DNA of 53,304 nucleotides from positions 1 to 53,304 of IMG/VR virus record IMGVR_UViG_3300028840_002576. One strand, 5' to 3'. The DNA comes from a virus (Duplodnaviria; Caudoviricetes). Made by a program: the position numbers and the translations under genes. Each line of letters opens with the position of its first letter. The stretch's first letter is position 1. This document shows, piece after piece, positions 1 through 8,057 of this stretch. The notes beneath the pieces were generated by a model. The model was given only the letters and a program-made list of their open reading frames with translations. It was not told the origin of the DNA and did no database searches.

Positions 1-2
1 AT

Positions 3-308
3 GAGGTCGGCCTGGGTGACTCTTCCTTTCCGAAACAAAATGTAAACAAGATCCTCAATCGAGCCGTCAAGAAGTTTACCAAAAACTTTTACTTGATGGC
101 TACCATTCATTCTGCGGCAGTTCGCGGCTTCTCCTGCGATGATGCCATGGATATCGCTCAAAAGTCCTGTGATGCCGAGATAGATTCCGGCAAGACGCCA
201 GAGGAAATTTTAAGGGAGGTAGCAGATGTCAAAGCCGAAACCGATTTTTGTGGGAGTATTGACCAAAGAATCAGAAGAAGCGGACACGTCGATCGTTCTG
301 GATTCTAA
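3..308 (+). CDS. Hypothetical protein, 5'-truncated by window edge
   Basis: The frame of ORF 93..308 is open back to position 3. Its 3' end overlaps the next gene. Confidence 0.5.
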   Translation, partial: EVGLGDSSFPKQNVNKILNRAVKKFTKNFYLMATIHSAAVRGFSCDDAMDIAQKSCDAEIDSGKTPEEILREVADVKAETDFCGSIDQRIRRSGHVDRSGF

Positions 309-693
309 TAGTCAAAAGGCATTTAATGAGCACGCCAAAAAATTCAAGAAAGGCGAGAAAGTAAAATTCTCGATTAGCAGATTGACAAAGAAAAAGATCA
401 GATCAGTTGAACAGAATAATTATTACTGGGGATGCGTCATTAAGATCCTCGCCGATGACCTCGGATATGTTGGGCCGAACGAGAAAGAGATCCTGCACGA
501 AGAGCTCAAGGCGATGTTTCTGGTTAAGCGCGGCAAGCTTGGCGTACCCTACGTCGAAAAAACATCAGCATTAGGAACGGATCTATTCGAAAGATACCTG
601 CAGGCGATCCGGGACTGGGCCGACGAATTCCAGAATATCAAGATCCCATTGCCGAATGAGGTAGAAAGTTCAGATACTTACACAAGAATCTAA
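226..693 (+). CDS. NinB/DUF1367-like recombination-associated protein
   Basis: RSVEQNNYYWG...HEELK..FL...TS.L....F..YL pattern, typical of NinB-like phage proteins; RBS GGGAGG upstream. Confidence 0.6.
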   Translation: MSKPKPIFVGVLTKESEEADTSIVLDSNSQKAFNEHAKKFKKGEKVKFSISRLTKKKIRSVEQNNYYWGCVIKILADDLGYVGPNEKEILHEELKAMFLVKRGKLGVPYVEKTSALGTDLFERYLQAIRDWADEFQNIKIPLPNEVESSDTYTRI

Positions 694-709
694 AGGGGGA
701 ACTTTAAGG

Positions 710-1336
710 ATGGGTACTCAAACAGCTTCTTTAACTTACGATTTACTGCAGTTGATAAGCGATGATGACTTTGCTTCATTGGTACAACTTTCTGAATGGT
801 CTCAGCAAGATATCGAAGAAACCTTAAAGCTTATCATTAAGGTTGGTATGGATTCGATGGATTCAATTCGCTCGGCGATTGTTAAAGAGAAAAGAGAAAA
901 AGAAAGTAACCAAAGAAAAAGAGAAAAGAGAAATATAAAAAATAATTTATTATATAATATTAAAGAGCAGAAAGATATCTCAGTAAATTATAATACAAAT
1001 AATTTATCCCGCGATCCTAATCCAGAGCCCAAAAAATACGCCACTTCAATACCGAAGCGATGGGTTGACGACCGGGACAAGGGACGCATCACTGACTCGA
1101 AGTTGATCCAGTATGCGACCTCCAAAGGTTACGACTCGCATCGCATGAAGGAAGTATATTTCAGCTTCGTCGATCACAATCTTGCCAAAGGGAAAAAGTT
1201 TAAAGACTGGGTCCGGGCGTTTTACACCTGGATCAGGAATGATATAAAATTCCATGGGCCTCCGACTAAAGAGGCTACTTTGCCTGGAAGTGTGTTAAAA
1301 TCGTACAAAACGCTCAACCCTGAAGAGGTATTTTAA
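710..1336 (+). CDS. Putative replication initiator / helicase-loader partner
   Basis: C-terminal F.DH...KGKKFKDWVRAFYTWIRN motif, seen in phage replication proteins; low-complexity linker; immediately upstream of dnaB. Confidence 0.6.
   Translation: MGTQTASLTYDLLQLISDDDFASLVQLSEWSQQDIEETLKLIIKVGMDSMDSIRSAIVKEKREKESNQRKREKRNIKNNLLYNIKEQKDISVNYNTNNLSRDPNPEPKKYATSIPKRWVDDRDKGRITDSKLIQYATSKGYDSHRMKEVYFSFVDHNLAKGKKFKDWVRAFYTWIRNDIKFHGPPTKEATLPGSVLKSYKTLNPEEVF
1273..1301 (+). promoter_or_regulatory. Class A promoter-like motif (GGCTACTTTG-N10-TG-N-TAAAAT) upstream of dnaB
   Basis: Same sequence and spacing as the copies at 4055, 7213, 10607 and 20419. Confidence 0.6.
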
Positions 1337-1338
1337 CC

Positions 1339-2754
1339 ATGACCCAGATCACAGACAAGCCAATGCCAAACGATGAGAATCTCGAAGAGTCGATACTGTC
1401 AACTTGTTTCGTTGCCGGCGACGACCTGGTCGAGATTCTCGACCTCATTGAACCTGATTACTTCTACAAGACAGCTTACAAGATAATCTTTCAGGCGATA
1501 GTTGACATATCCTTCAAGGCGAGATCGGTCGATCTTGTTTCAGTTGTTACGAGGCTGACCGACAAGAAGCTTCTCGAGAAAGCCGGGGGCGCCCTAAAGA
1601 TATCTCAGATAGTCGACGCTCCAATAGCGGTTGATATTGAATATTCCTGCAAGAAACTCGAAGAGAAATTTCTATACCGCAAGGCGATCGAATACTGCTA
1701 TGCCACAATCAAAAAATGTCAGCTTGGCCAGGATGAATTTGACGATGTTATTGATTACTTTGTTGATTCATCCCACAAGATTGCAGACGGGACCAAGGCC
1801 GGGGATCCTGTGATCAAGATGCAGGATGCCGTATTGGCCGCTGTGGATGTCTATGAAGATAGATTTAAAAACAAAAAAATAGTCACCGGTGTACCATCCG
1901 GAATTCACGACCTCGACTACATGACATCCGGCTTTCAGCCTGGGGACTTCACATTAATCGCAGCCAGGCCGGCAATGGGGAAAACAGCTTTCGCTTTAAA
2001 CATTATCCGGAACAATGCCAAGAAGAAAATCGGCGGACTATTTCATTCGCTCGAGATGCCGGTACAGCAGTTGATGGACCGGTGGGTCGCGATGGAAACA
2101 AGAATAAACGGGATGAAGGTCAGGGTCGGTGATTTCACGAAAGACGAATTCGCAAAGGTGACCGATGCCGTTCAAAGCTTTTATGACCTGCCAATATTCA
2201 TCGATGACCGTGGCGGCCTGAAGTTCTCTGAGATCCGGAAAACTATTCGCCGGCAGGTAAAGATCCATCCTGAAATCAAATATGTCATTATCGACCATAT
2301 CCAGCTTGTCCATGGCAACAACCCGGACAACCGGAACAACGAGCTTGATGAGATCTCAATGGGATTCAAAACCCTGGCAAAGGAATTAAGGATAGCGATC
2401 ATAGGCCTCGCTCAGTTAAATCGTGGGCTTGAAAACAGGAACAATCCATTCAAGCGGCCGAAGCTTTCCGACCTCCGGGACAGCGGCACCCTCGAGCAGA
2501 ATACTGACAACGTGATATTTATTTATCGCCCTGCGGTCTATGGCGACAATCTTAATCCAGAAAATCCAGAAGAGCAGGTCGAGATCAATGAGTCTGACTG
2601 CGAACTGATAATAGCTAAACAGCGCAATGGGATGAACGGTAAGGTGCGATGTAACTTTTTTGATAAAATCCAGACATTTACGAGTCAGATGAAATCTTCA
2701 CCTGACGAACTATATGTCAAGAAAAATGAGGAGAAAAAGCATGAGCATGAATAA
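1339..2754 (+). CDS. dnaB: Replicative DNA helicase DnaB
   Basis: Walker A AARPAMGKT, SLEM, IIDHIQL, LAQLNR, RPKLSDLRDSGTLEQ and IIAKQRNG motifs; N-terminal DnaB domain. Confidence 0.97.
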   Translation: MTQITDKPMPNDENLEESILSTCFVAGDDLVEILDLIEPDYFYKTAYKIIFQAIVDISFKARSVDLVSVVTRLTDKKLLEKAGGALKISQIVDAPIAVDIEYSCKKLEEKFLYRKAIEYCYATIKKCQLGQDEFDDVIDYFVDSSHKIADGTKAGDPVIKMQDAVLAAVDVYEDRFKNKKIVTGVPSGIHDLDYMTSGFQPGDFTLIAARPAMGKTAFALNIIRNNAKKKIGGLFHSLEMPVQQLMDRWVAMETRINGMKVRVGDFTKDEFAKVTDAVQSFYDLPIFIDDRGGLKFSEIRKTIRRQVKIHPEIKYVIIDHIQLVHGNNPDNRNNELDEISMGFKTLAKELRIAIIGLAQLNRGLENRNNPFKRPKLSDLRDSGTLEQNTDNVIFIYRPAVYGDNLNPENPEEQVEINESDCELIIAKQRNGMNGKVRCNFFDKIQTFTSQMKSSPDELYVKKNEEKKHEHE

Positions 2755-4051
2755 AACCGAAATGATTTTAAAGGCTTACAAAGAAGATAAACATTTTAAC
2801 CGTGGTGAATTCTCAGATGAGCACGACATTAATCGATGTTTCATATCCGAGGTTATTGGTAGGTACAAGAAATCCGCTGGCTTAAAAAACAAAGTGAAAT
2901 TCCAGGGGGCGGATCCCGGGAGTGAGAAGGAATCGAAACAAATGGCGAAGATCACCGAGACCATGGATTCAATCCAGGTTGAGACGCAGGGCAAGGATAT
3001 CCGGACGGCCGACGGCGCCCTCGAGTACTGCGGAGTCGATACGGACAAATGGGTCATCACGAAGAAAATAGTTAACTTTTGGGATCAGTCAAAAGATCAG
3101 CGGAACTGGCAGGTCAAGGTATGGTTGTCCCCTAAGGAAGAGAGCTCGGTCGAGGAAACAATCGACAGACTCATGGAGCGCATGCCGGAATTCAAATATA
3201 GCAAATTTGAACCTAAGTCGGTGGCGAGCGGCTGGGACAACTCCGGGAACATGGCGGTGATTGCAAACCTGGACGCTCACCTGGGCAAGTTAGCTTGGGA
3301 TGCCGAGACCGGACAGGGCGATTATGATCTCAATATCGCAATAGATGATTATAATCACGTAACCGAAACGAACCTCCAGCGATGCGCAATGTTTAAGCCA
3401 GAAAGGATCATGTTCGTAATTGGGCAGGACTTAATGCACGTCGAGAACATGGAAGGCGTGACCCCGAAAGGAAAGAACGTCCTTGATACAGATACCAGGC
3501 TGCCCAAGCTTCAGGATGCCGCGATAGATATCACGATCCAGAGCATAATGAAATGTCGAGCGTTGGCGCCAGTAGAGGTTATCCTCGTCCAGGGAAACCA
3601 TGATCAGACGTCCTCTTTATGGCTTGCCAAAGTTATCAAGGCGTGGTTCAGAAATGATAAACACGTAACGGTTGACGACACTCCCCGGCTGCGCAAGGCC
3701 CGGAGGTGGGGCAAATGCTTTATCGGCATGGCCCATGAAGTTATGCCGTCGAAGATGCCGTTCCAAGTTGCTGAATTTGCAGTACAATTCAAAGAGGATT
3801 GGGCTAAGTCAGAATATTATGAATGCCTATTCGGACACAAGCACAAGAAGAATGAATATCGCGTTGGCAGCCAGGCGACTCACGGCACAATGTTATTTAG
3901 ACAGTTGACCGCATTAAGCCCGATCGACTTCTGGCACTATGAAAATCTATTTGTCGATGCCGTCCCCGGTGGCGAGGCCCTTGTCTACAACAAGACAACC
4001 GGCTGCATCGCAAACTTTACTGAGTGGTGCTTTCACAAAAAATCAAAATAA
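2741..4051 (+). CDS. Calcineurin-like metallophosphoesterase (phage nuclease-subunit type)
   Basis: DAHLG, GQDLMH, GNHD, AHE and GHKH motifs. Start placed at ATG 2741, after GAGGAG. Confidence 0.8.
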   Translation: MSMNKTEMILKAYKEDKHFNRGEFSDEHDINRCFISEVIGRYKKSAGLKNKVKFQGADPGSEKESKQMAKITETMDSIQVETQGKDIRTADGALEYCGVDTDKWVITKKIVNFWDQSKDQRNWQVKVWLSPKEESSVEETIDRLMERMPEFKYSKFEPKSVASGWDNSGNMAVIANLDAHLGKLAWDAETGQGDYDLNIAIDDYNHVTETNLQRCAMFKPERIMFVIGQDLMHVENMEGVTPKGKNVLDTDTRLPKLQDAAIDITIQSIMKCRALAPVEVILVQGNHDQTSSLWLAKVIKAWFRNDKHVTVDDTPRLRKARRWGKCFIGMAHEVMPSKMPFQVAEFAVQFKEDWAKSEYYECLFGHKHKKNEYRVGSQATHGTMLFRQLTALSPIDFWHYENLFVDAVPGGEALVYNKTTGCIANFTEWCFHKKSK

Positions 4052-4054
4052 GCA

Positions 4055-4083
4055 GGCTACTTTGCTCCGGGTTGTGGTATAAT
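4055..4083 (+). promoter_or_regulatory. Class A promoter-like motif
   Basis: GGCTACTTTG-ctccgggttg-TG-g-TATAAT, intergenic. Confidence 0.75.
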
Positions 4084-4109
4084 GTCTTTAAGCCAAACGG
4101 AGGATCGAC

Positions 4110-4388
4110 ATGGATAAAGACACTGTAATTCTACAATGCGAATCATGCCTGGACAAAACCGAAAGGCCGAGACTTAATTTATTCAATGGCCATTATCATT
4201 CCGATAGTGCCGAGTATGTTTGTGAAAAATGCCGTGGACACGTCCATGACGTAACGCATCGTGCCGGCGCTGTTTGTGCATCAGATATGGTTCTTTGTGA
4301 TATACAAGAGGATTTTATATCACCAGAATCACTACAACCGTGGAAAATATGGAAGGTTAACTCCAACTCAAGGGTTGGGAAACTCTAA
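4110..4388 (+). CDS. Small Zn-ribbon protein
   Basis: CESC...CEKC; RBS GGAGG. Confidence 0.65.
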   Translation: MDKDTVILQCESCLDKTERPRLNLFNGHYHSDSAEYVCEKCRGHVHDVTHRAGAVCASDMVLCDIQEDFISPESLQPWKIWKVNSNSRVGKL

Positions 4389-4401
4389 CAGGAGGAACAC
4401 A

Positions 4402-5145
4402 ATGAAAAACAAACTTTTTTCAATCTTAACAGCAGTTTGCATCACAATCGGCCTGGCAGCATTTTCAATGGCCGATGAGCCGGACGTTTTGCCAGATGGG
4501 CAACGTGCCTGCTACAATCAACCGGCAGTGGTTAACGAGATGCGTCTCGTGGTCGATGGATCAGATCCGCTGGTAAATCCGGATACCCACGCACTCAACA
4601 CCGAGAGTGCAGGCAAAGTATCCAACATGATGTACATCACTCCGAAAACGGTTGTTTTCAATCTTTTCTCAGGGATCTCGACAAGGGACTTTATCAACCT
4701 GAAAGACGATCTCAAGAAGCTTGAAGATTATACCGACAAAAGAGACGTCACGATGAACATCAATAGCCCGGGCGGATCCGCCTTTGATGGCCTTGCAATC
4801 GCCGGCTTGATCAAAGAGTACCGTGATAAGGGCTGGACAATTCGAGCTCACGCATACAGCATGGTAGCCAGCGCAGCCGTTCCGATCTATTCTGTATGCC
4901 GGCCGAGAGTTATAAATCCGGAGACCACGCTCATGGTTCACCAGGCGGCTATATGGAAATGGCCTGGACGAGAAACATCAGCGGATATCAAGTCCCAGGA
5001 TGCCATGATGGATATGTTGGGGACAAGATATATTAACTTGCTGGTTGAAAATTCCAATCTGTCCGCTGAAGAATGGAAGAAAAAAATCGACAAGACAACA
5101 TGGTTCACGCCTACGGAGGCCGAGGCCTGGGGTATGGTCGACTAA
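4402..5145 (+). CDS. ClpP/S14-like serine peptidase with N-terminal signal peptide
   Basis: INSPGGSAFDG, VASAA (Ser), LMVHQ (His), TWFTPTEA..WGMVD. Start at ATG 4402 after AGGAGG gives MKNKLFSILTAVCITIGLAAFSMA-DE. Confidence 0.85.
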   Translation: MKNKLFSILTAVCITIGLAAFSMADEPDVLPDGQRACYNQPAVVNEMRLVVDGSDPLVNPDTHALNTESAGKVSNMMYITPKTVVFNLFSGISTRDFINLKDDLKKLEDYTDKRDVTMNINSPGGSAFDGLAIAGLIKEYRDKGWTIRAHAYSMVASAAVPIYSVCRPRVINPETTLMVHQAAIWKWPGRETSADIKSQDAMMDMLGTRYINLLVENSNLSAEEWKKKIDKTTWFTPTEAEAWGMVD

Positions 5146-5238
5146 TCTAAAAGACCCGCATGTCAGGGGTGACGGGGAGGGCGGCTATAGACGCACCCGA
5201 GAACGACTCCCTGCGGGTCTCCATGCAGTTGTCTAAAC

Positions 5239-5274
5239 CAAGGGGGTTGACCGAGTTGTCAACTCCCTTGATTT
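5239..5274 (+). terminator. Putative hairpin/terminator
   Basis: CAAGGGGGTTGAC-loop-GTCAACTCCCTTG followed by ATTT. Confidence 0.45.
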
Positions 5275-5295
5275 ATGCAACAGGAGGTAGTTAGA

Positions 5296-5688
5296 ATGAG
5301 CAGTTTTACAACACCGTTAATGCTTGAATATTTAGATGGGACCATATGGCGCCTGTCTAAACCATTCATCTATTATTCAGATCTTTGCGGAGAGGAAAAG
5401 CGGGAATGGATCCGGGTGCCTATGGGATTCATTACGGATTTTGCAAGCATACCGCAGATCCTCTGGATAATCGAGAGGCCCACAGGACTCCATGGCAAGG
5501 CCGCCGTCCTTCACGACTGGCTATATCAAAATGGCTTGTACACAAGGAAGGTTTGTGATATGATATTCAGAGAAGCGATGGAGGTCTCAGGGGTGGAACC
5601 CTGGCGCCGGGAAGCGATGTATTATGCTGTTAGAACTTTTTCTTCAAAATATTATAAAAAAAAGCTTGACAGCACTGAAATTGTTTAG
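5296..5688 (+). CDS. DUF1353-family protein
   Basis: VPMGFITDFASIP..LW...AAVLHDWLY...CD.IF.EAM...V...R...MY.AVR signature. Confidence 0.85.
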   Translation: MSSFTTPLMLEYLDGTIWRLSKPFIYYSDLCGEEKREWIRVPMGFITDFASIPQILWIIERPTGLHGKAAVLHDWLYQNGLYTRKVCDMIFREAMEVSGVEPWRREAMYYAVRTFSSKYYKKKLDSTEIV

Positions 5689-5694
5689 TAAGAT
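5666..5694 (+). promoter_or_regulatory. Sigma70-type promoter driving the non-coding unit
   Basis: TTGACA-17nt-TAAGAT with A-rich upstream sequence. Confidence 0.7.
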
Positions 5695-5700
5695 TAGAGT

Positions 5701-5800
5701 TAAATCAACGGGTCACTGTCAGTCAAGTCTGTTATAAATCCTGATGGCCTATAGCCGGTAGGAGCCCGGAGTAAACATCCGAACCATACCCGCTGATTTA
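5701..5800 (+). ncRNA. Putative 100-nt structured RNA
   Basis: 5701-5713 pairs with 5788-5800 (12 of 13 positions); begins at the expected +1 of the promoter; internal hairpins; no credible ORF. Confidence 0.5.
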
Positions 5801-5808
5801 AAAAGGGC

Positions 5809-6022
5809 GCTCCAGTAGCATCCTGGTTCGACAGCCTCTTTGCCGAGGGGCAAGCATGGTATTGAATCACATATCACGACGGCCGGCAAGCCTGACTGAT
5901 GAGTGATCGGCACAATACTGAATCGGGTTGTAAGGGAAGCCATTGACCGGCATGGGGTGACGGAAAAGCCCTCCGCTCAACCATGTTCGATAGGTCTGCA
6001 GGTTCGAAGCCTGCCTGGAGCA
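5809..6022 (+). ncRNA. tRNA-like (possibly tmRNA-like) RNA with a large internal insertion
   Basis: 7-bp acceptor stem GCTCCAG/CTGGAGC+A; T8-A9-G10-C11; T-arm GCAGG-TTCGAAG-CCTGC (5998-6014); 214 nt in total. Confidence 0.75.
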
Positions 6023-6036
6023 CATAAAAAAAATAC

Positions 6037-6064
6037 TTGACATTCAAATTTAATGATATATAAT
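6037..6064 (+). promoter_or_regulatory. Sigma70-type promoter
   Basis: TTGACA-16nt-TATAAT preceded by an A-tract. Confidence 0.75.
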
Positions 6065-6070
6065 TAAACC

Positions 6071-6214
6071 ATGAAGCGGAAAAAAATTCATAATAAAAAG
6101 CAGTCGGAACAGAAAAGCATATTCAGAATACCGACCGCCAAACCTACCGACTGGCACCGGGACAAGTCGAAATATACCAGGCGCCAAAAATACAGGGAGG
6201 ATTACAATGGATAA
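6071..6214 (+). CDS. 47-aa basic protein, probably leaderless (not in ORF track)
   Basis: MKRKKIHNKKQSEQKSIFRIPTAKPTDWHRDKSKYTRRQKYREDYNG; the ATG starts 7 nt after the end of the -10 box; the stop overlaps the next gene. Confidence 0.6.
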   Translation: MKRKKIHNKKQSEQKSIFRIPTAKPTDWHRDKSKYTRRQKYREDYNG

Positions 6215-6425
6215 TGAAAAAATCAAAAGGGCCAGGGAAGAGGCGATTTATAAGATCGGCGAGCTTATCGATAACGATGACTTTGGCGGCATGACCACCG
6301 GAATGTGTAAGGTTCTCGGAATTAGCATGGACCAATTTTTGATCTATGCCCAGATGCCGGCGCACAATCAGAGGAACATAATCGTCTCTTTGTGGGAACA
6401 ACTTTCTAAAGAACTTTATTCCTAA
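6207..6425 (+). CDS. Hypothetical protein
   Basis: RBS GGGAGG; operon packing. Confidence 0.7.
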   Translation: MDNEKIKRAREEAIYKIGELIDNDDFGGMTTGMCKVLGISMDQFLIYAQMPAHNQRNIIVSLWEQLSKELYS

Positions 6426-6442
6426 TAATAACGGGGGACAAA

Positions 6443-6652
6443 ATGATTAATATAGCCACAATCCAAACAAGCTATCCCAAAGAACTCGACCAGTTTATAA
6501 ATGAATTCTACAGTAAATACGACGATGTCGAGGTTATTGCCTATAAAACAAATCATGACGGCACCGGGAAGCACGGCAAAATTTATATTACCGTCACGTT
6601 AAAGGGTGAAATATCCGAATGGGGAGAATTAAAATGTACCGAGAAATTTTAA
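6443..6652 (+). CDS. Hypothetical protein
   Basis: RBS GGGGGA. Confidence 0.65.
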   Translation: MINIATIQTSYPKELDQFINEFYSKYDDVEVIAYKTNHDGTGKHGKIYITVTLKGEISEWGELKCTEKF

Positions 6653-6792
6653 CGACACCGGCTGAGAGAGAGTACCGAGCCCTCAAAGAGCGAATCAAGA
6701 GAGAGGCGGAGCTACTGGATGAGCTTGGAAGGGAGAGAGAGGCTCTGGAGCTCGAGGAGATATATAAAATCATGCATGGGGAAACCGACTAA
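6634..6792 (+). CDS. 52-aa hypothetical protein (not in ORF track)
   Basis: RBS GGGGAG; the TAA overlaps the next ATG. Confidence 0.55.
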   Translation: MYREILTTPAEREYRALKERIKREAELLDELGREREALELEEIYKIMHGETD

Positions 6793-7037
6793 TGCCGAAA
6801 GCTAAACAAAAAAAGAAAGTTAAGTCGAAGCCTGCCTGGGCCAGGTCCGAGAAAACTGAGGACTATATCGCATATATCGAGGACGATAAGACTAAAGTAT
6901 TGGCATTGCCAGAGCACAATTATCTTGAAATGAAAGCCTTGTGCGAAAGCTGCGGTCTAACCGTCCTCGGTGTATTTGTATCAACAAATCAAGTACTTGC
7001 AAGGCAGTACGCAGACTCAGTATTGAGAAAGGATTAA
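6792..7037 (+). CDS. Hypothetical protein
   Basis: Translationally coupled ORF. Confidence 0.65.
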   Translation: MPKAKQKKKVKSKPAWARSEKTEDYIAYIEDDKTKVLALPEHNYLEMKALCESCGLTVLGVFVSTNQVLARQYADSVLRKD

Positions 7038-7039
7038 TT

Positions 7040-7213
7040 ATGAAGGATGAAATCGTAATCGAGAAGTGTATCCATCAGATCAACAGGCCTAACGCCTGCA
7101 CTACGACCGGATTCAACCAGGATGGTCGAGGTGACTGCAGGGTATGTGAGCCGCATCCGGATAATAAATATTGCACCCACTTTCATCCTGTTAAATTTTC
7201 TTGTGATATATAG
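7040..7213 (+). CDS. Small Cys-rich hypothetical protein
   Basis: Start at ATG 7040 after AAAGGA; several Cys/His residues. Confidence 0.55.
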   Translation: MKDEIVIEKCIHQINRPNACTTTGFNQDGRGDCRVCEPHPDNKYCTHFHPVKFSCDI

Positions 7214-7241
7214 GCTACTTTGCTCCAGCTTGTGATATAAT
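7213..7241 (+). promoter_or_regulatory. Class A promoter-like motif
   Basis: GGCTACTTTG-ctccagcttg-TG-a-TATAAT upstream of the ssb operon. Confidence 0.75.
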
Positions 7242-7270
7242 GTATTTAAAAGCTTGGGGAGAATGAGACT

Positions 7271-7609
7271 ATGCTCGAATCAATATTCTATTTATCACTT
7301 TTAGGGGTTGCAAGTTTTTTTCAAAATATGATGTTCACGCTGGTATCCAGATCGAGAAATTCAGCGGATCCAGCGTATCATCGTAAGTGTGCCTGGGGGT
7401 CAAATGGCATATGGTTTATCTGCCAGATCCTCATAGTTAAAAACGTATGGGCTTCGATTCACAATGGGAATTGGACCTATGCTATCATTGCCGGCGTGAT
7501 CTATTCCTTATCGACAACCGAGGGATCCGTTATGATGATGAAACGGCTTCTCAAGACCGAGAAAGGTATTAGACGGGTCGGCGCAAAAATAAACTCAGAG
7601 GAGAAATAA
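7271..7609 (+). CDS. Small membrane protein
   Basis: About three hydrophobic segments and a basic C-terminus. Confidence 0.7.
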   Translation: MLESIFYLSLLGVASFFQNMMFTLVSRSRNSADPAYHRKCAWGSNGIWFICQILIVKNVWASIHNGNWTYAIIAGVIYSLSTTEGSVMMMKRLLKTEKGIRRVGAKINSEEK

Positions 7610-7613
7610 TATC

Positions 7614-8048
7614 ATGAACACTTTCAATGAAGTAACAGGAATTTTTTGTCTTGGCCAGGATCCGGATCTTAGGTATACTCCGAGCGGCGTTGCCGTGGCG
7701 AGCTTTTCCGGCGCCTCAAATCACAGCTACAAGAAAGACGGTGAATGGGAGCAGGAAACCGAGTGGACGAATTTTACCGTCTGGTCGAAACAGGCCGAGC
7801 GTGTTGGCGAAATGCTCAAAAAGGGTAGCCTGGTATATATTGCCGGCCGCCTGAAAACCGATAAGTGGGAAGACAAAGAGGGGAACACCCGCTATTCGAC
7901 CAAGGTTATTGTCAGGAAGATCGAATTCCTTGCCAATTACAACAAGCCCGAGGGTGGATATCAACCGAAGGACGAGGACGTCCCCGGTGATTACAATCGC
8001 CAGAGCCCTGCAGCATCAAATTCAGTTGACGATGATATTCCTTTCTAA
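7614..8048 (+). CDS. ssb: Single-stranded DNA-binding protein
   Basis: LGQDPDLRYTPSG, LKKGSLVYIAGRLKTDKWEDKEG and C-terminal DDDIPF. Confidence 0.97.
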   Translation: MNTFNEVTGIFCLGQDPDLRYTPSGVAVASFSGASNHSYKKDGEWEQETEWTNFTVWSKQAERVGEMLKKGSLVYIAGRLKTDKWEDKEGNTRYSTKVIVRKIEFLANYNKPEGGYQPKDEDVPGDYNRQSPAASNSVDDDIPF

Positions 8049-8057
8049 GGTGCTGAA

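Noticed and set aside
5896-5930. Hammerhead ribozyme core CTGATGAG inside the tRNA-like insert
   Set aside because: A short GTG/CAC stem follows, but the required GAAA and stems I/III could not be identified.
5809-6022. Canonical tmRNA (ssrA) or standard tRNA-Gly call
   Set aside because: No G3-U70 pair, too short, and no convincing tag ORF for tmRNA. Too long, with an imperfect anticodon arm and A73, for a normal bacterial tRNA-Gly.
7271-7609. Holin
   Set aside because: It is a membrane protein, but it sits in the ssb operon and no endolysin was recognised nearby.
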